Shown here one piece after another: positions 13,001-23,900 of a stretch of DNA of 64,000 nucleotides (its first letter is position 1; the number at the start of each line of letters is the position of its first letter). This DNA comes from Leidyana gryllorum EB-2025a (taxonomy: Eukaryota > Protista > Apicomplexa): positions 248,001-312,000 of the forward strand of contig JBLWGC010000036.1 of NCBI GenBank assembly GCA_048772705.1. Reading direction: 5' to 3'. The position numbers and the translations under genes are program-made. A model generated the notes under the pieces. The model had not been told where the DNA came from, searched no databases, and saw nothing but the letters and a program-made list of their open reading frames with translations.

Positions 13001-16000
13001 ACTGTTCGACCTGCTCGTTACGTTCGGCCAGAGCCCGACGCAAATCCTCCTAAGGACGGAACTTTTTCATGTCGAGGCAGCCAACGAAAGAGTTCTTCAC
13101 ATTACCTGAGCGAGTTCGAATTGATCCAATGTGGTCTGCCATCTGGCCTCCTCCTCGGCGTGCAGCCGCTTCAGGGAGGCGATTTCGGTCTTCCAGGTGG
13201 TCGACTCTGTGAGAGCCCATTCATTCTCCTTCTGAGAGGGAGATGAAACAGAGGTGGGAGGGGGGGAAGGGGATGCAGATGCAGATGCACTGGGGTAAAG
13301 ATCAATGAGTAACATTCGAAGATCCGTCGCAGCTTCCCTTCTCAAATTGTCCAGCTCGGTAGTCAGTTCCTCGGTCCGTGTAGAGGCTTGGCTCAACTTC
13401 TCTGTCACTTTGATCAATTCTTCAGTCACCAACTCATTCTGATTCTTCAACTCGTTAAGTTCTCTCTCTTTGGTCTCTTTATCGCGCCGGGTGGCCAGAG
13501 CATCTTCATTGGTCATGTCTCGCTCGGTTTTGATGGCATCTCTTTCGGCTTTCAGCACTTCCAACCGCTTTTGAGCGTCGAGCACCAGCTGCCGCTGCTC
13601 CTCCATATCTTCCAGCAGGGTGCTAACCCGTTGCAATGCCTCATCTCGCTCTGCTTCGAGAACGCTGAGTTTATGGCGAGTATGCGCCAGTGTCTCGGTG
13701 CATCCGGTCAAGGAGTCTTTGGTGACCTCCAATTCCGCCGACAGAGCCTGGTGTCTCTCGCGCGCCTGTTCGGCAATGTGAGACCGTTCAGAGTTGAGTT
13801 CCTCTGTTTCTTTGACGAGTGCATCGATCTGGGCTTGGAGGTTATCTATGGCAGTTGAAGCTTGAAGGTTCATCGATTTGTGATCTTCAAGTTGAGTCAT
13901 CGTCTGCTGCAACTCTTCCTTCAACTTGCCCATCTCGCTATCCATTGTCTTTATAGTGATCTCATCTCTGATTTTATCCTCCTGATGAGCCTTCAGCTCG
14001 TCTTTCAGGGCACCCATCATCTGTTCCAGTGCGATGTTCTGGCTACCAGCGGAATTGTTCGATTGAGAAAGCCTCGCCATATCGTCTTTCAGTCGCTCAA
14101 CCTCATTCCTGACCGTCAGGAGCTCCACCTCGCGCTCACGGAGCTCATTCTCTTTCTCAGCGAGTTCCTCTCGGTGGGAATTCGAGTGGGTCTCGAGTTG
14201 ACGCATTTGCTGTTGTAATGCGTCAGCATCACTCTGAGCCACACTCAGGTCGCGCTTGGCCCGGTCGGCTTTTTCTTCGGCATCACGTAGTTGTTGACGC
14301 AATTGCTCTAAGAGATCGTCTTTTTCCACAATCTCAGCCTCCAGTCGACGGACATCGGCCGCCGAGACTCCCACAGGCAGCTGTCTGGGAGTAGATCTGC
14401 CTTCCTCACTGGCCAAGAAAGGCTCGGCCATGCCGGCGTTGGTCAATGATCGACGTTCTTCGGCTGAGCTCGCCGAGGAAGCGAGTCTCTCCATGCTGAC
14501 TTGACGCACCACTGTCTCCATCTCTTCAATTGCATCCCGCATTGTGTTCTCAACAGCGACGTGTCGGAGATTGTCATCGGCGAGAGCATCGGATTCTTGC
14601 TGATACAGATGAGTCCGCTCGTTAGCCTTATCCAACTCGGCTTCCAGTTGCGCTATGCGCAAAAGGGCAGTGCGAAGATCCTCAACCACAGCATCCGGAG
14701 TATCAATGGTGCTGCTGGGCGAGGCGGCAGCGTTCATCGTTTCGCGGACCGCCATAGTGGTGTCCATGAGATGTTTGCGCTCAACCTGTAACTCGTCGAC
14801 CGTCTTATTGGCATTCGTGAGATCCTCTTCGAGCTTCGATATCTTTTGAAGATCCTCTTCGAGCGACCGTTCTTTGGCTTCGAGTGTCTGTCGCAGTGCA
14901 ATGACGTCATTGGTCAGTCTCGTGATTTGGTCACCCCTATCTTCGAGGTCCAAATCTTTCCTCCCGAGCTGTTCCCGCAAATCCGCAACTTGAGACTGCA
15001 AATCAGCGCATTCTCGCGTCGCTGATTGAACGGTGGCGATAAGGTCGGAGATCTGAGTGTCGCGAACGGACGAACTCTGTTCCTCGGAAGCCAAAAGAGT
15101 CTCTTTTTCTTTGAGGAGATCCTGATACAGAGCTGTGACATTCTCTGTCGCCGCTCTGCTGTCTTTGAGATCAGCTTCCAACGAGTCCTGAAGCCGTCTC
15201 GCTTCCGCGAGGTCTTCTTCCAGAGATTGCACATTTGTGGCCAGCGTAGAGTAACTTGTGTCGGCCTCAGCCTTAATTTGGTCGATTTGTTCGGAAAGCG
15301 CTTTGGACCGCACTTCCAGTTCGTCCTTCTCTCCGGTGAGCTGAGCGTTGACGCGCTCCAACTCGGCGTGTTGTGACTGTAAGTTGGAGAGATTGCGGTC
15401 GCTGGAGTGCAGTTGCTCAGATATCTGAGACCTCTCTTCGTCTACCCGGCGCAGATCGGCGTTCAGCTCTTGGCGTTCCGTCTCCCAGTCTGCCTTGGCG
15501 GCTTCAAAGTCGGCCTTCAGCGTATCGATCTGCTGCTGAAAGGCGGACCGCTCCTCGTCTTGGAGTGCGCTGTTTTGGGCGCGTCGCTCGTTAATCTCGC
15601 TCAAGAGCTCAGCCTGAAGCTGAGTGGATTTCTCTTTTTCGCGTTCGAGTTCCGTATTGAGTGCAGCTATCTGCTCAGTCATTGTCCGTTGTTCGTCCAG
15701 CACAGCCAGTCGGATTGCATCGAGCTCTTGCACCCGCAGGTTAGATTCTTGCAGGTCATCTTCCAACTTGGTGATTCTGGAAGATTCGTTTGGATCGCGA
15801 TCGTTCAAGTGGGTTTCCAACTCTGCGATCTTTGCGTCACGCTGCTGGAGATCAGTTTGGAGACGGTTAAGATCCAATAGGGCCGCCTCCTTTGCCGCGT
15901 CGGCTTGCTGACACTTGTTCAGAGCAGCTTCCAACTCGACCGACAGCTCCTGAACCCGAGCTTCGCTTCCCTCCTGACGACTGGCTAAGTCCTCGGCTCG

Positions 16001-17896
16001 CTCAGTCATCGAGGCAATGGTACTACGCATTTCCTTAGCTTCCGTCGAAGCGGCCGTCGTCTCGAGAGCCTTGGATTGGATCGCTTGGGACAGAGCCTTC
16101 ATGTCCTCCACCTGTCATGACAAAGTCGGCCATCACCCGTCAAGGAGAAGAGATTTGAAAGCTTACCACGTCGTGAGGTAAGCCGTCGAGTTGCTCCTCA
16201 AAGTCATCCAGAGAGGAGTTGTCCGCGAGGGCGGCGTATAGTGCGCGTAGGGGCTGAGAGCCACAATGACTACGAGGAAATCGCGACATCGGGATGGGCG
16301 CTGCTGACCTCACCATATCTTCGTCTCCGACGGAGGGCGGAAGCTGCGACAGACGAGAAAGGGAACGACACGGGAGGGGGAGCAGGCAGGCAGGAAGGAA
16401 CAAGAGAAGAAGGGAGTTGCAGCGCCCAACCCTCTCGTCTCACACACAGGTAGTCAAACTCACAGATCGAACGTTCTGCAGCTCCAATTTGAGCTGATTG
16501 TATTCCTCACGTGACGCTCGTTCCTATCGAATGGAATTAGTGTTTTGCAATTGGGCAGAGAGAGAGAGAAAATTGGAGTATTACTCACCGATTCCCGAGA
16601 GATGGCCAGTTCTGCCTGGGCCTTCTGGAGTTCTGTGGCCAGATCGGAATCTGCTGCATCGCCTGCAATACGTTCACGGAGCTGAGCACGGGCTTCGTCG
16701 AGCTCGTTGCGCTGCTCGTCATTGGCTTTTTCCAATTCCACTAATTGCTCTCGGAGTGTCCGGACTTCTTCTTGAGCCTCTGCGAGCGCCTTCTTGGCCT
16801 GTTGGAGCTCCTCGGCTAATTGCTGCTTGGCCAATCTCTCTTTAGCCAAGGAGTCATTTAGCGAAGCCAGTTTGGCCCCGAGATCGTCGAGACGTGCGGA
16901 GGTCTTTGGACTGGTGGCTTCAGGGATTAGCTCTCCTATTTTGCGTTCTAATTCCTCTACTTCAGCCTTGAGCTGTGTGATAGTCATATCCTTAGTTTCT
17001 AGAATCATTTGGAGCGAGTCTCGCTCGTGTTCCAGATTTATACGTTGTTGGTCGGCTCTGCAAAGGCGGGGTTAAGTAAGTACTGCTGTAGACCGGATGT
17101 CAGTCAGATGGCCCGTTCGAGAGTCGAGAGAAACTGAATATATCTCTATATATGGGTACGACGGCAGCATTGACACTCACACTCCACCCACTCTGAGCGT
17201 CGGACGGAGCCTCTGACACACATCTGTGGGACTTACTCATCAAACTTCTGGCGTGCAACTCCAACGTCGTCCAAAGACTCTGCGGCCGCGGCGGGATGCT
17301 CATCTTCACCAATAACGGAGGCGCCTTTGAGAGAATCGCCGACTTGCGAGCGTCCGTCAGACTTGGACTTCTTTGACTGGTTGGTGGTCTTGAAAGCCTT
17401 TGGGACTTTGAGGCCCCCAAAGACCCCCTTTTTCTTCTTCTTCTTGGAGCCCATGACTGTTTCGCCACCATCGGTTACGGTGTCCCCTCCAACACTCATG
17501 AGGTCAGCGGGGTCGAATTCCGCATCGCTACTGTCCGATCGGCGGCTCATTGCAATACTGGGGGCGCCAATCGGTTCAGATCTCCCGGTGGCGGCTACGT
17601 GGATGTGGCCGGTGGTGCATGGACTGCAGCATGCTTACCGACGTCCGGGGTGATATCTGCGGAGTGTGAGACATGGAGTTCTGGGGAGGCCTCGGGGGTG
17701 CTGAGCGAGGTTTCGAGGTCAATACGACTGGAGGGGGGCGAGGGCGCGGTGGGGCTGTCTACTGACACGCCATCCACGTTATCAGGTTCTGTTTCGACAT
17801 GGAATGGGTTGAGAAACGAGCTGCTGACGTACGGAGATCCTTGTTTCCCTTCTTCTTGTGAGACGTAGAAGAGCCAGGTATCTTGAATTTCTTCAT
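10059..17896 (-). CDS. Giant coiled-coil protein (more than 2000 aa, many exons), cytoskeletal/centrosomal/golgin-like
   Basis: Starts MKKFKIPG at 17896. GT-AG introns link ORFs 17595-17777, 17233-17550, 16460-17008, 13097-16111, 12129-13043, 11409-12104, 10613-11260 and 10059-10583, which are mostly heptad-rich E/Q/L/K sequence. Confidence 0.75.
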
Positions 17897-17946
17897 AGAC
17901 AATTTATTTGAATCTGATGCGACGATGTACACATTGGAAAGAAAAG

Positions 17947-18738
17947 CTAGTACTGCCAAGACTCATTGCTATCAGCACCCCACACCCCCCTTCTTGGTAC
18001 TGCTGGGAAAGGTATACCATCCTGAACAAGGTCTTCTTCTGGACTGGCGGAAAGAGCCACTCCGACCACTCCTCCAGCTACAAAAGGAGGCGGGTACACT
18101 ATCATGGGAGGTGGCGGTCCAGAATCACACTCTACCGGGGGAGGCTCCTGCTTGCTAACCTCCTTCACTCCGTGGGCGTGTCGACTCGCATCACCGCTGT
18201 GGCAGCTACCTGTTTGGTGGTGGTGGTAGTAAGAGTAGTAGTACAGTTCGGCGACAGATTGATGAAAAGAGAGAAAGTGAGTGAGTGAGTCGAACAGACG
18301 GACGGACAGCAGGCCACACCGGAAGGGGGGTAGGGGGCGGCCTCACGTACCTGTCTTATAGTGCGCAGGGGTAGTTCGTAACTCCCCGGGACCGTGAGCG
18401 AAAGCGCAACGCTGTCCGTTGCTGCAATGTCCGCGTGCGAATTGCTGGCAAAGCTTCGTCTTAGTCAGATCTGGCTTCTGACGTAACTCGTCCGTTGAGT
18501 GAGCATACACACAATTCGCCCCGTTGAAGCACCCCCGCGCGCTCTGTAGGTACGGACAGAGCTTCGTTTTGATATGTTGGTCTCGTCTCTTGGTGGTCGT
18601 AGCCGCTCCATTATTGCCACGAGACGATATTGATTTCTGCTGGTGTGTCGTGGAACTCGTTGATAAACTTGGTGAATTATTCCCCCCGTTCTTCATCGGC
18701 ATCGCTCCATAAGTGTCCGCGCTCAACATGGCGTTCAT
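17947..18738 (-). CDS. Tandem CCCH zinc-finger RNA-binding protein
   Basis: KTKLCPYLQSARGCFNGANCVYAH and KTKLCQQFARGHCSNGQRCAFAH fingers. A third, degenerate finger spans the intron at about 18210-18350. Confidence 0.85.
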
Positions 18739-18836
18739 CTGCCTTTTGAATAATCTTGGATGGTTGCGCAGGAAATGATTCTCAAAGCCGTAGCGATGCA
18801 ACAACGAATCGACACATCTCAACAAAAAAAAGCTCC

Positions 18837-19873
18837 CTACTGTTTAGCCGCTACTTTCCGCATATACTTCTGGTGCATCGTCTCTTGCTCTCGCAGACGG
18901 AACCTGAACCGCGGAAAGGTGCAATCATTTTCACCCAAACGGCGATCTCGAGATCTCACTTACCATTCAACCAACCGTCCCGGCACCAGCCGACATACCT
19001 CCAGCATCACAAAGTGCACTGGGTATGGAGAAATCACCACCGGAGTGGTAAACCATCCATTGATGATCGCACCCTTAACCACCCGCAAACCAGATTCCAC
19101 ATACGTTTTCGCACTCGGAATGCTCAAAGTTGGAACGCGAACCCGAGCCATCTTTGTAGCCACGAACAGAGGGATCTGACACTGAACCAATATGTTGTTC
19201 GCGCGACACTCTGCTTGCAGACTGCGACAAAACCCTTCAATGGCACCCTTGCACGCAGCGTATCCGACTAACAGCGGCTCGGCTACAACAGACGAAGCTG
19301 ATCCGAGGCAAATTATACCGCCCCGACGCCTCTCCTTCATGCCACCGTACACCATCTGAGTCAAATGCATCGTCGACTTGACATTCACATCTATCAACTC
19401 ATCCAGGAATTTGTTTTCAATCTGATTGTAATACTGCGCCAACAATTAGTCAGAAACGAGACAACACCACCCACACTCACCAGAGCTCCAGGATAACTCA
19501 GACCAACATTGTTCACCAGCAGTCCAATGTCTTTCTCGCCCACCTTCCCACGCAGGCTCGCATAGTCGTCCTTGGCAAAATCGAACTGGACACTCTCCAC
19601 GATCCGGGTAAACCCTTTCAGCTCATGCAGCTCAGTCACCAACGCCTTCAATTTCGCTGCGTCCCGCCCGATCAGAAGCAGATTCAACTCGTTAGACTTC
19701 GCAATCGCCTGGGCGTAGGCTTTCCCAATGCCATCAGTCGCACCGCTTATCACAGCCCACTCTCCCAAGCTGCTCAATGTGCGCCTCGGAAAGAAGTATG
19801 CCACAATGTACCCACTCCACCGCCAAAGGAAGCGGGCCAACAATAACACTCCCAGCAGTTGCAACAGCACCAT
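18837..19873 (-). CDS. Very-long-chain 3-ketoacyl-CoA reductase / 17-beta-HSD-like short-chain dehydrogenase (3 exons)
   Basis: N-terminal TM, WAVISGATDGIGKAYA (GxxxGxG), LVNNVGLSY, catalytic YAACK and PLFVATKM. The last exon ends ...KVAAKQ* at 18837. Confidence 0.9.
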
Positions 19874-20184
19874 AAGGTCAAACTTTCGCCTAATCAACTA
19901 CTCCTTGGTACAGGGTTTTAGGGCTGGCTGCATGGCTGGGCTGTCACCACCCCCCTGTATCACACCCACGCTCAAGCCAGCCTTACGCCCTTCCTGGGTG
20001 GGTCGCTAAACTAACTAGGATTAACTAGCTAACTGGCTGGCTGACCGAGCAGAGAATCGTCCAAAGCTAGCGATTTTTAGCTGCGAAGTTTGCAAACTTT
20101 GGTGTATTTTACATTGCACACGCTTCTGGAAGGAAGTACATCGCAACCAATTGGGAGCTCACTGAGCGCCGGAGACGTAATCAA

Positions 20185-20268
20185 TTCTCAATCAGAAAGC
20201 TCCCTGTCGAGGGGCGGCGAAATCATCCGTTTTCAGATGTCCCCATCGCATAATTCATCATTTGAGAA
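20185..20268 (-). ncRNA. Box C/D snoRNA, probable snR64/SNORD74 homolog (LSU rRNA Cm guide)
   Basis: Minus strand: ttctcaa-ATGATGA-attatgcgatggggacat-CTGA-aaacgg-atgatt-...-CTGA-ttgagaa. It has boxes C, D', C' and D and a perfect 7-bp terminal stem. The D' guide gatggggaca is complementary to conserved LSU UGUCCCUAUC with one G-U pair. Confidence 0.85.
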
Positions 20269-20322
20269 CAGTCACCGGGCGCTTGTCCTGAGCAATTCAT
20301 GTTAGATAAAGTCACAAACATT

Positions 20323-20394
20323 TCAGAAGCAGAACTGGTTGATCTTTGGTATCCTCAGTGAGAGCGTCAGATACTTTAAGATTTGCCTCATCAT
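20323..20394 (-). ncRNA. Box C/D snoRNA, snR61/SNORD38-like, copy 1
   Basis: ATGATGA ggcaaatcttaaagtat CTGA ... tgagga taccaaagatcaa ccagttctgctt CTGA. The D guide is perfectly antisense to conserved LSU rRNA AAGCAGAACUGG. Confidence 0.9.
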
Positions 20395-20464
20395 GATAAC
20401 AAAGAAATCATACTGTCGAGCACACAGTCACAAGCAATGGTCACCAATGAGACTTTGAGTATTG

Positions 20465-20536
20465 TCAGAAGCAGAACTGGTTGATCTTTGGTATCCTCAG
20501 CGAGAATGTCAGATACTTGAAGATTTGCCTCATCAT
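20465..20536 (-). ncRNA. Box C/D snoRNA, snR61/SNORD38-like, copy 2
   Basis: Near-identical to copy 1, with the same boxes and D guide. Confidence 0.9.
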
Positions 20537-20628
20537 GATGAGTACGCACACACACACATACATATATATATAGATCAGCAGAAATCCTCGTAGCACTGTG
20601 CCCGGTGCGAATAAGACTTGAAGGACTG

Positions 20629-20698
20629 TCAGAAGCAGAACTGGTTGATCTTTCGTATCGTCAGAAACGTCGGAAGATTTGAAAGAGGGTGTCATCAC
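20629..20698 (-). ncRNA. Box C/D snoRNA, snR61/SNORD38-like, copy 3
   Basis: GTGATGA ... ccagttctgctt CTGA, flanked by a 10-bp inverted repeat (cttgaaggac / gtccttcaag). The 5' half is divergent. Confidence 0.88.
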
Positions 20699-20751
20699 TT
20701 GGTCCTTCAAGACTTCGGGCTGGCAAGCAACAAGAAGAGACACTTGAGATG

Positions 20752-20821
20752 TCAGAAGCAGAACTGGTTTGATCTTTGGTTTCCTCATAGGAATCAGACC
20801 GAATTAAGATTGTCTCATCAT
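20752..20821 (-). ncRNA. Box C/D snoRNA, snR61/SNORD38-like, copy 4
   Basis: ATGATGA gacaatcttaattcggt CTGA ttccta tgagga aaccaaagatcaaa ccagttctgctt CTGA. Confidence 0.88.
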
Positions 20822-20927
20822 ATGTGATAGAATTAGAAATGGGAAGAACACAAATTTTTGCACCGCTGTCATCTGTGGGTATATGTTGTAATGAGAGAGC
20901 ACAAGAAAAAAAGTCCGTTTTGTCCCG

Positions 20928-23900
20928 TCAGTCCCACGACAGTAGTCCGTCAGGTAGCATTCGGGTCTCGAGATACTCATCATCGTGCCACCCTTGTGTT
21001 TGAGCCCAATCCGTCAACAATCGCTGAAATCGCTCCTCTGCTGCTAACCGTTGTGACACAGGTTTAGATGCTGCTGTGTTCCACTCGCGATCTGGATTTT
21101 GCTGCGCATGGATGGCTTGACGCAGGCCAAACTCCTCCTCCACTGGCGCATTGCACTCATTTAGAACTGCTCGCAAACTGGGGTGGTGAGTGGGTGTGGG
21201 CAATGCACTCTTGATGCTGTTGCTCCATTCATTCGTCTTGTGGGTCAGTCCGGCGGTTCTTGGCATCGTCAGAGGCGTAGCAGGCGTAGATAATCTGTTA
21301 TATCCCCAGCGATCCTCCTGCACGTAGTCAACAGGGTATAAACCGCGGAATTGCGCATCTTGAGGTGTGAAAGAGGACCGATCCAAGCAGACTGCTGTGG
21401 TTGATCCAAGCTCCATCAGCGAGTTTGAGGATTCTGGTGGAGTATAACGCTGGGGCAACGGTTGACTTGTTTCAACAGGTGGTGGTGGTGACATGAATCT
21501 CGGTTGCGCATTCTGCTGATTCATTCCCGTTGGGGTGTAATCTCCGAATCCAGGCGGGGGCGCGTCTTGCAAATCTTCATCCATCGGCACATCGGTCGCA
21601 GGTGTTGAGAAGTACGGCTTTGGGTTGTGATGCGTTATGGGTCCCAGATTCCCTCTCCTGGCACTTCCAAATGCGCGTGATAGCCCTGGAGCCAAGTAAG
21701 CGGTCTTGGGTTGTGTGGAGCCGGCCGGGTTGGCTGTTTGTGGGACGGGTGACACTGGCGCAACGAGCCCAACACGCTGCGGTTTGGTGCTGGTGGTGGC
21801 CAGTGGGCTTATTGCAGCAGCCCGACTGGCAGCGCTGACTCCATGCATTCGTTTATGAGGTTCGGGGACGGTGACTGAAGTGGGTGGGGAGGAGGCCACA
21901 ACAGACCCGTTTCGTTGAGAGGTGCTCGCAGAGCTCGAGACGGGTGTCGTGGGTTCGGCAGCACTCGGGCACTGTGGGCTCCTCGGGCGCGGCTGTGCTT
22001 GACCGGCGCCCGATTTCCTCACCACGATAGGTGTCGGAGGGGAGGAAGCACGACTGCTGTGAACAGTGTGGACAGAAGGCGGTGTTGGGCTGCTCGGCGC
22101 TGCTGTAGTCGCCGCTTTGGATTTGGTTGGCGGCGTGATGGCGATTCGGAGACTCTCTGCCGCGCTGGTAGCGGTCGGAGTCATCGCTAGTGGTGAAGTG
22201 GGTGTTGGATGAGGCGTCTCGAATTGGGACGTCGCGCCTCTCAATTCACCTCTGCCGGGAACATCGGCAGGCAGTGGAGATTTGACTCCTCTCTTGGGAG
22301 CCGGTGGCGGTCGGGTGTAGGGACTGGTGGGTTGAATTTTCTTCGTTTGGCTTGAGGACATTGGAGTGCTCACTACGAGCTGAGCTGTGGGCGTGGCAAC
22401 TTTTGTTGGAGTGTTCGTCTCAGTCAATTCAGTTTGAGCGCCGGCAGCCTTTGAGTTCTCAACATCGGTCCATTGCTTCGCTTTGTATTTGAGAAAATCG
22501 ATAGTTCCTTCCCAGAGATCTTTGGTCGTATTCGAGGAGCTCTTCTTGTTCGGCTTCACGAAAGCATATTTGATCGTCGTCTCTGGGGTCGGAGAGCTGT
22601 TGCGGGCGGCGGGTTTGGCGTCGTCTCCGCCGAGCGTGGCTGCAACCGGCTTGAAGACGATGGCCCATTCGGGGTCTGCGTGGTCGGCTTGAGCTGACAA
22701 GATGCACCAGATGAGCAAATCGTTGCGGTCACAGAGCTTCTCGATCATCTTAGCCTGCGAGAAACAACTAATGTCAGCTTTTCGGGCTTTATCCAACATA
22801 TCCTGGAACACAGAGTCAGCAAACTGTTGGCTGTCAAAGAGCAGTTCCAGATAGGCTATTTTGGCGTCAGAGAGCAGCAGTGAGAACAGTTCCGACACTG
22901 AGCTAAAGTGTTGCTCTCCCAGGGTCGGAGTTATATTGCGACTGGAGAGAAAAGCGATGGCAGTCTTCAAGATCGTTTGTTCGATCACACTTCGATCAGC
23001 CACTGTTGGGGAAGGAAGTAATTGAGCAGAATGTGCCAAACGATCACTCACTTGTGATTGAGTCTCTCTGTGAGCAGTCCACCCACGAGCCACACAGAGC
23101 CTTTGTGATCGACAGAACACTGCCGGATGACTTTTTCGGCAATTGAGATCGGAGTTTGCGGCTCAGTCCGTTGAGTTTGACATCCTTGGCAGCCAATGTA
23201 TTGAAGGTATTGGCTGCCAGTTCTCCCCTATAGGACGTGGATGAGAAGGGAAAGTTGAGTGAAAGTCGCTTACCCGTTCTCCAATAAGAGGTAAAGGATT
23301 CGGCTTCCGAGTTCCTCGATATCCTCGTGGTAGTTTGGTACGTTCGCTGTGGGCGACTTATCAGGCTCAGATGCCGGCATCCGACTGAGACTGTCGTCGG
23401 CTGCTTCCCCGTTAGTTGGAGATCCCGGACACGTGTCGAGGCCTCCCCCATTCTTCTTCTTGCGACTCTTCTTCTTTTTCTTTTTGCTCCCGTCTTCCGC
23501 ACCCTTATCTTCCCCATCGCTTTCGATTTGTTTCATAATGTCATCAACAGTCGTGGGTGGGGGTGCAGCTGGAGTCGGTGAGGGGGTGACAACCGGCGGT
23601 GGAGGAGGGATGGGTTGAGCAGCGGCGAGTTCGCTGAGTTTCATCTCGAGGAGATGAGCCTTCCGTCGCGCTGCCTCGGTTTGTTGATGCATCCGACCAC
23701 CTGCTGCTGCGAGTTCGGCAGCCATGCCCTTGAGACACCCGGCCAGATGGCCGTCGATGGTGAGACTGGGGCTTGTGATGAACTCATCGCTGCCAAATAG
23801 ATCGCTGGGGTGGCAGTGGCTTCCCTGTGAGCCCCATCGACTGCGGAACCTCTCTCGGATGTGACGGCCAATCGATTGAGGTGGAGGGTTGAACATAAAG

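Noticed and set aside
20333-20345. aactggttgatc resembles the 18S rRNA 5' end (AACCTGGTTGATCCTGCC)
   Set aside because: The match is short and imperfect and no rRNA sequence follows.
20323-20821. CRISPR-like array (about 36-bp repeat with unique spacers)
   Set aside because: The context is eukaryotic with no cas genes, and the period is irregular (142, 164, 123 bp). The repeats are fully explained by C/D boxes plus an rRNA-antisense guide.
20465-20827. ORFs 20465-20788 (-) and 20618-20827 (+) with repeated peptides
   Set aside because: By-products of the snoRNA repeats; they run through AT/CA microsatellite sequence.
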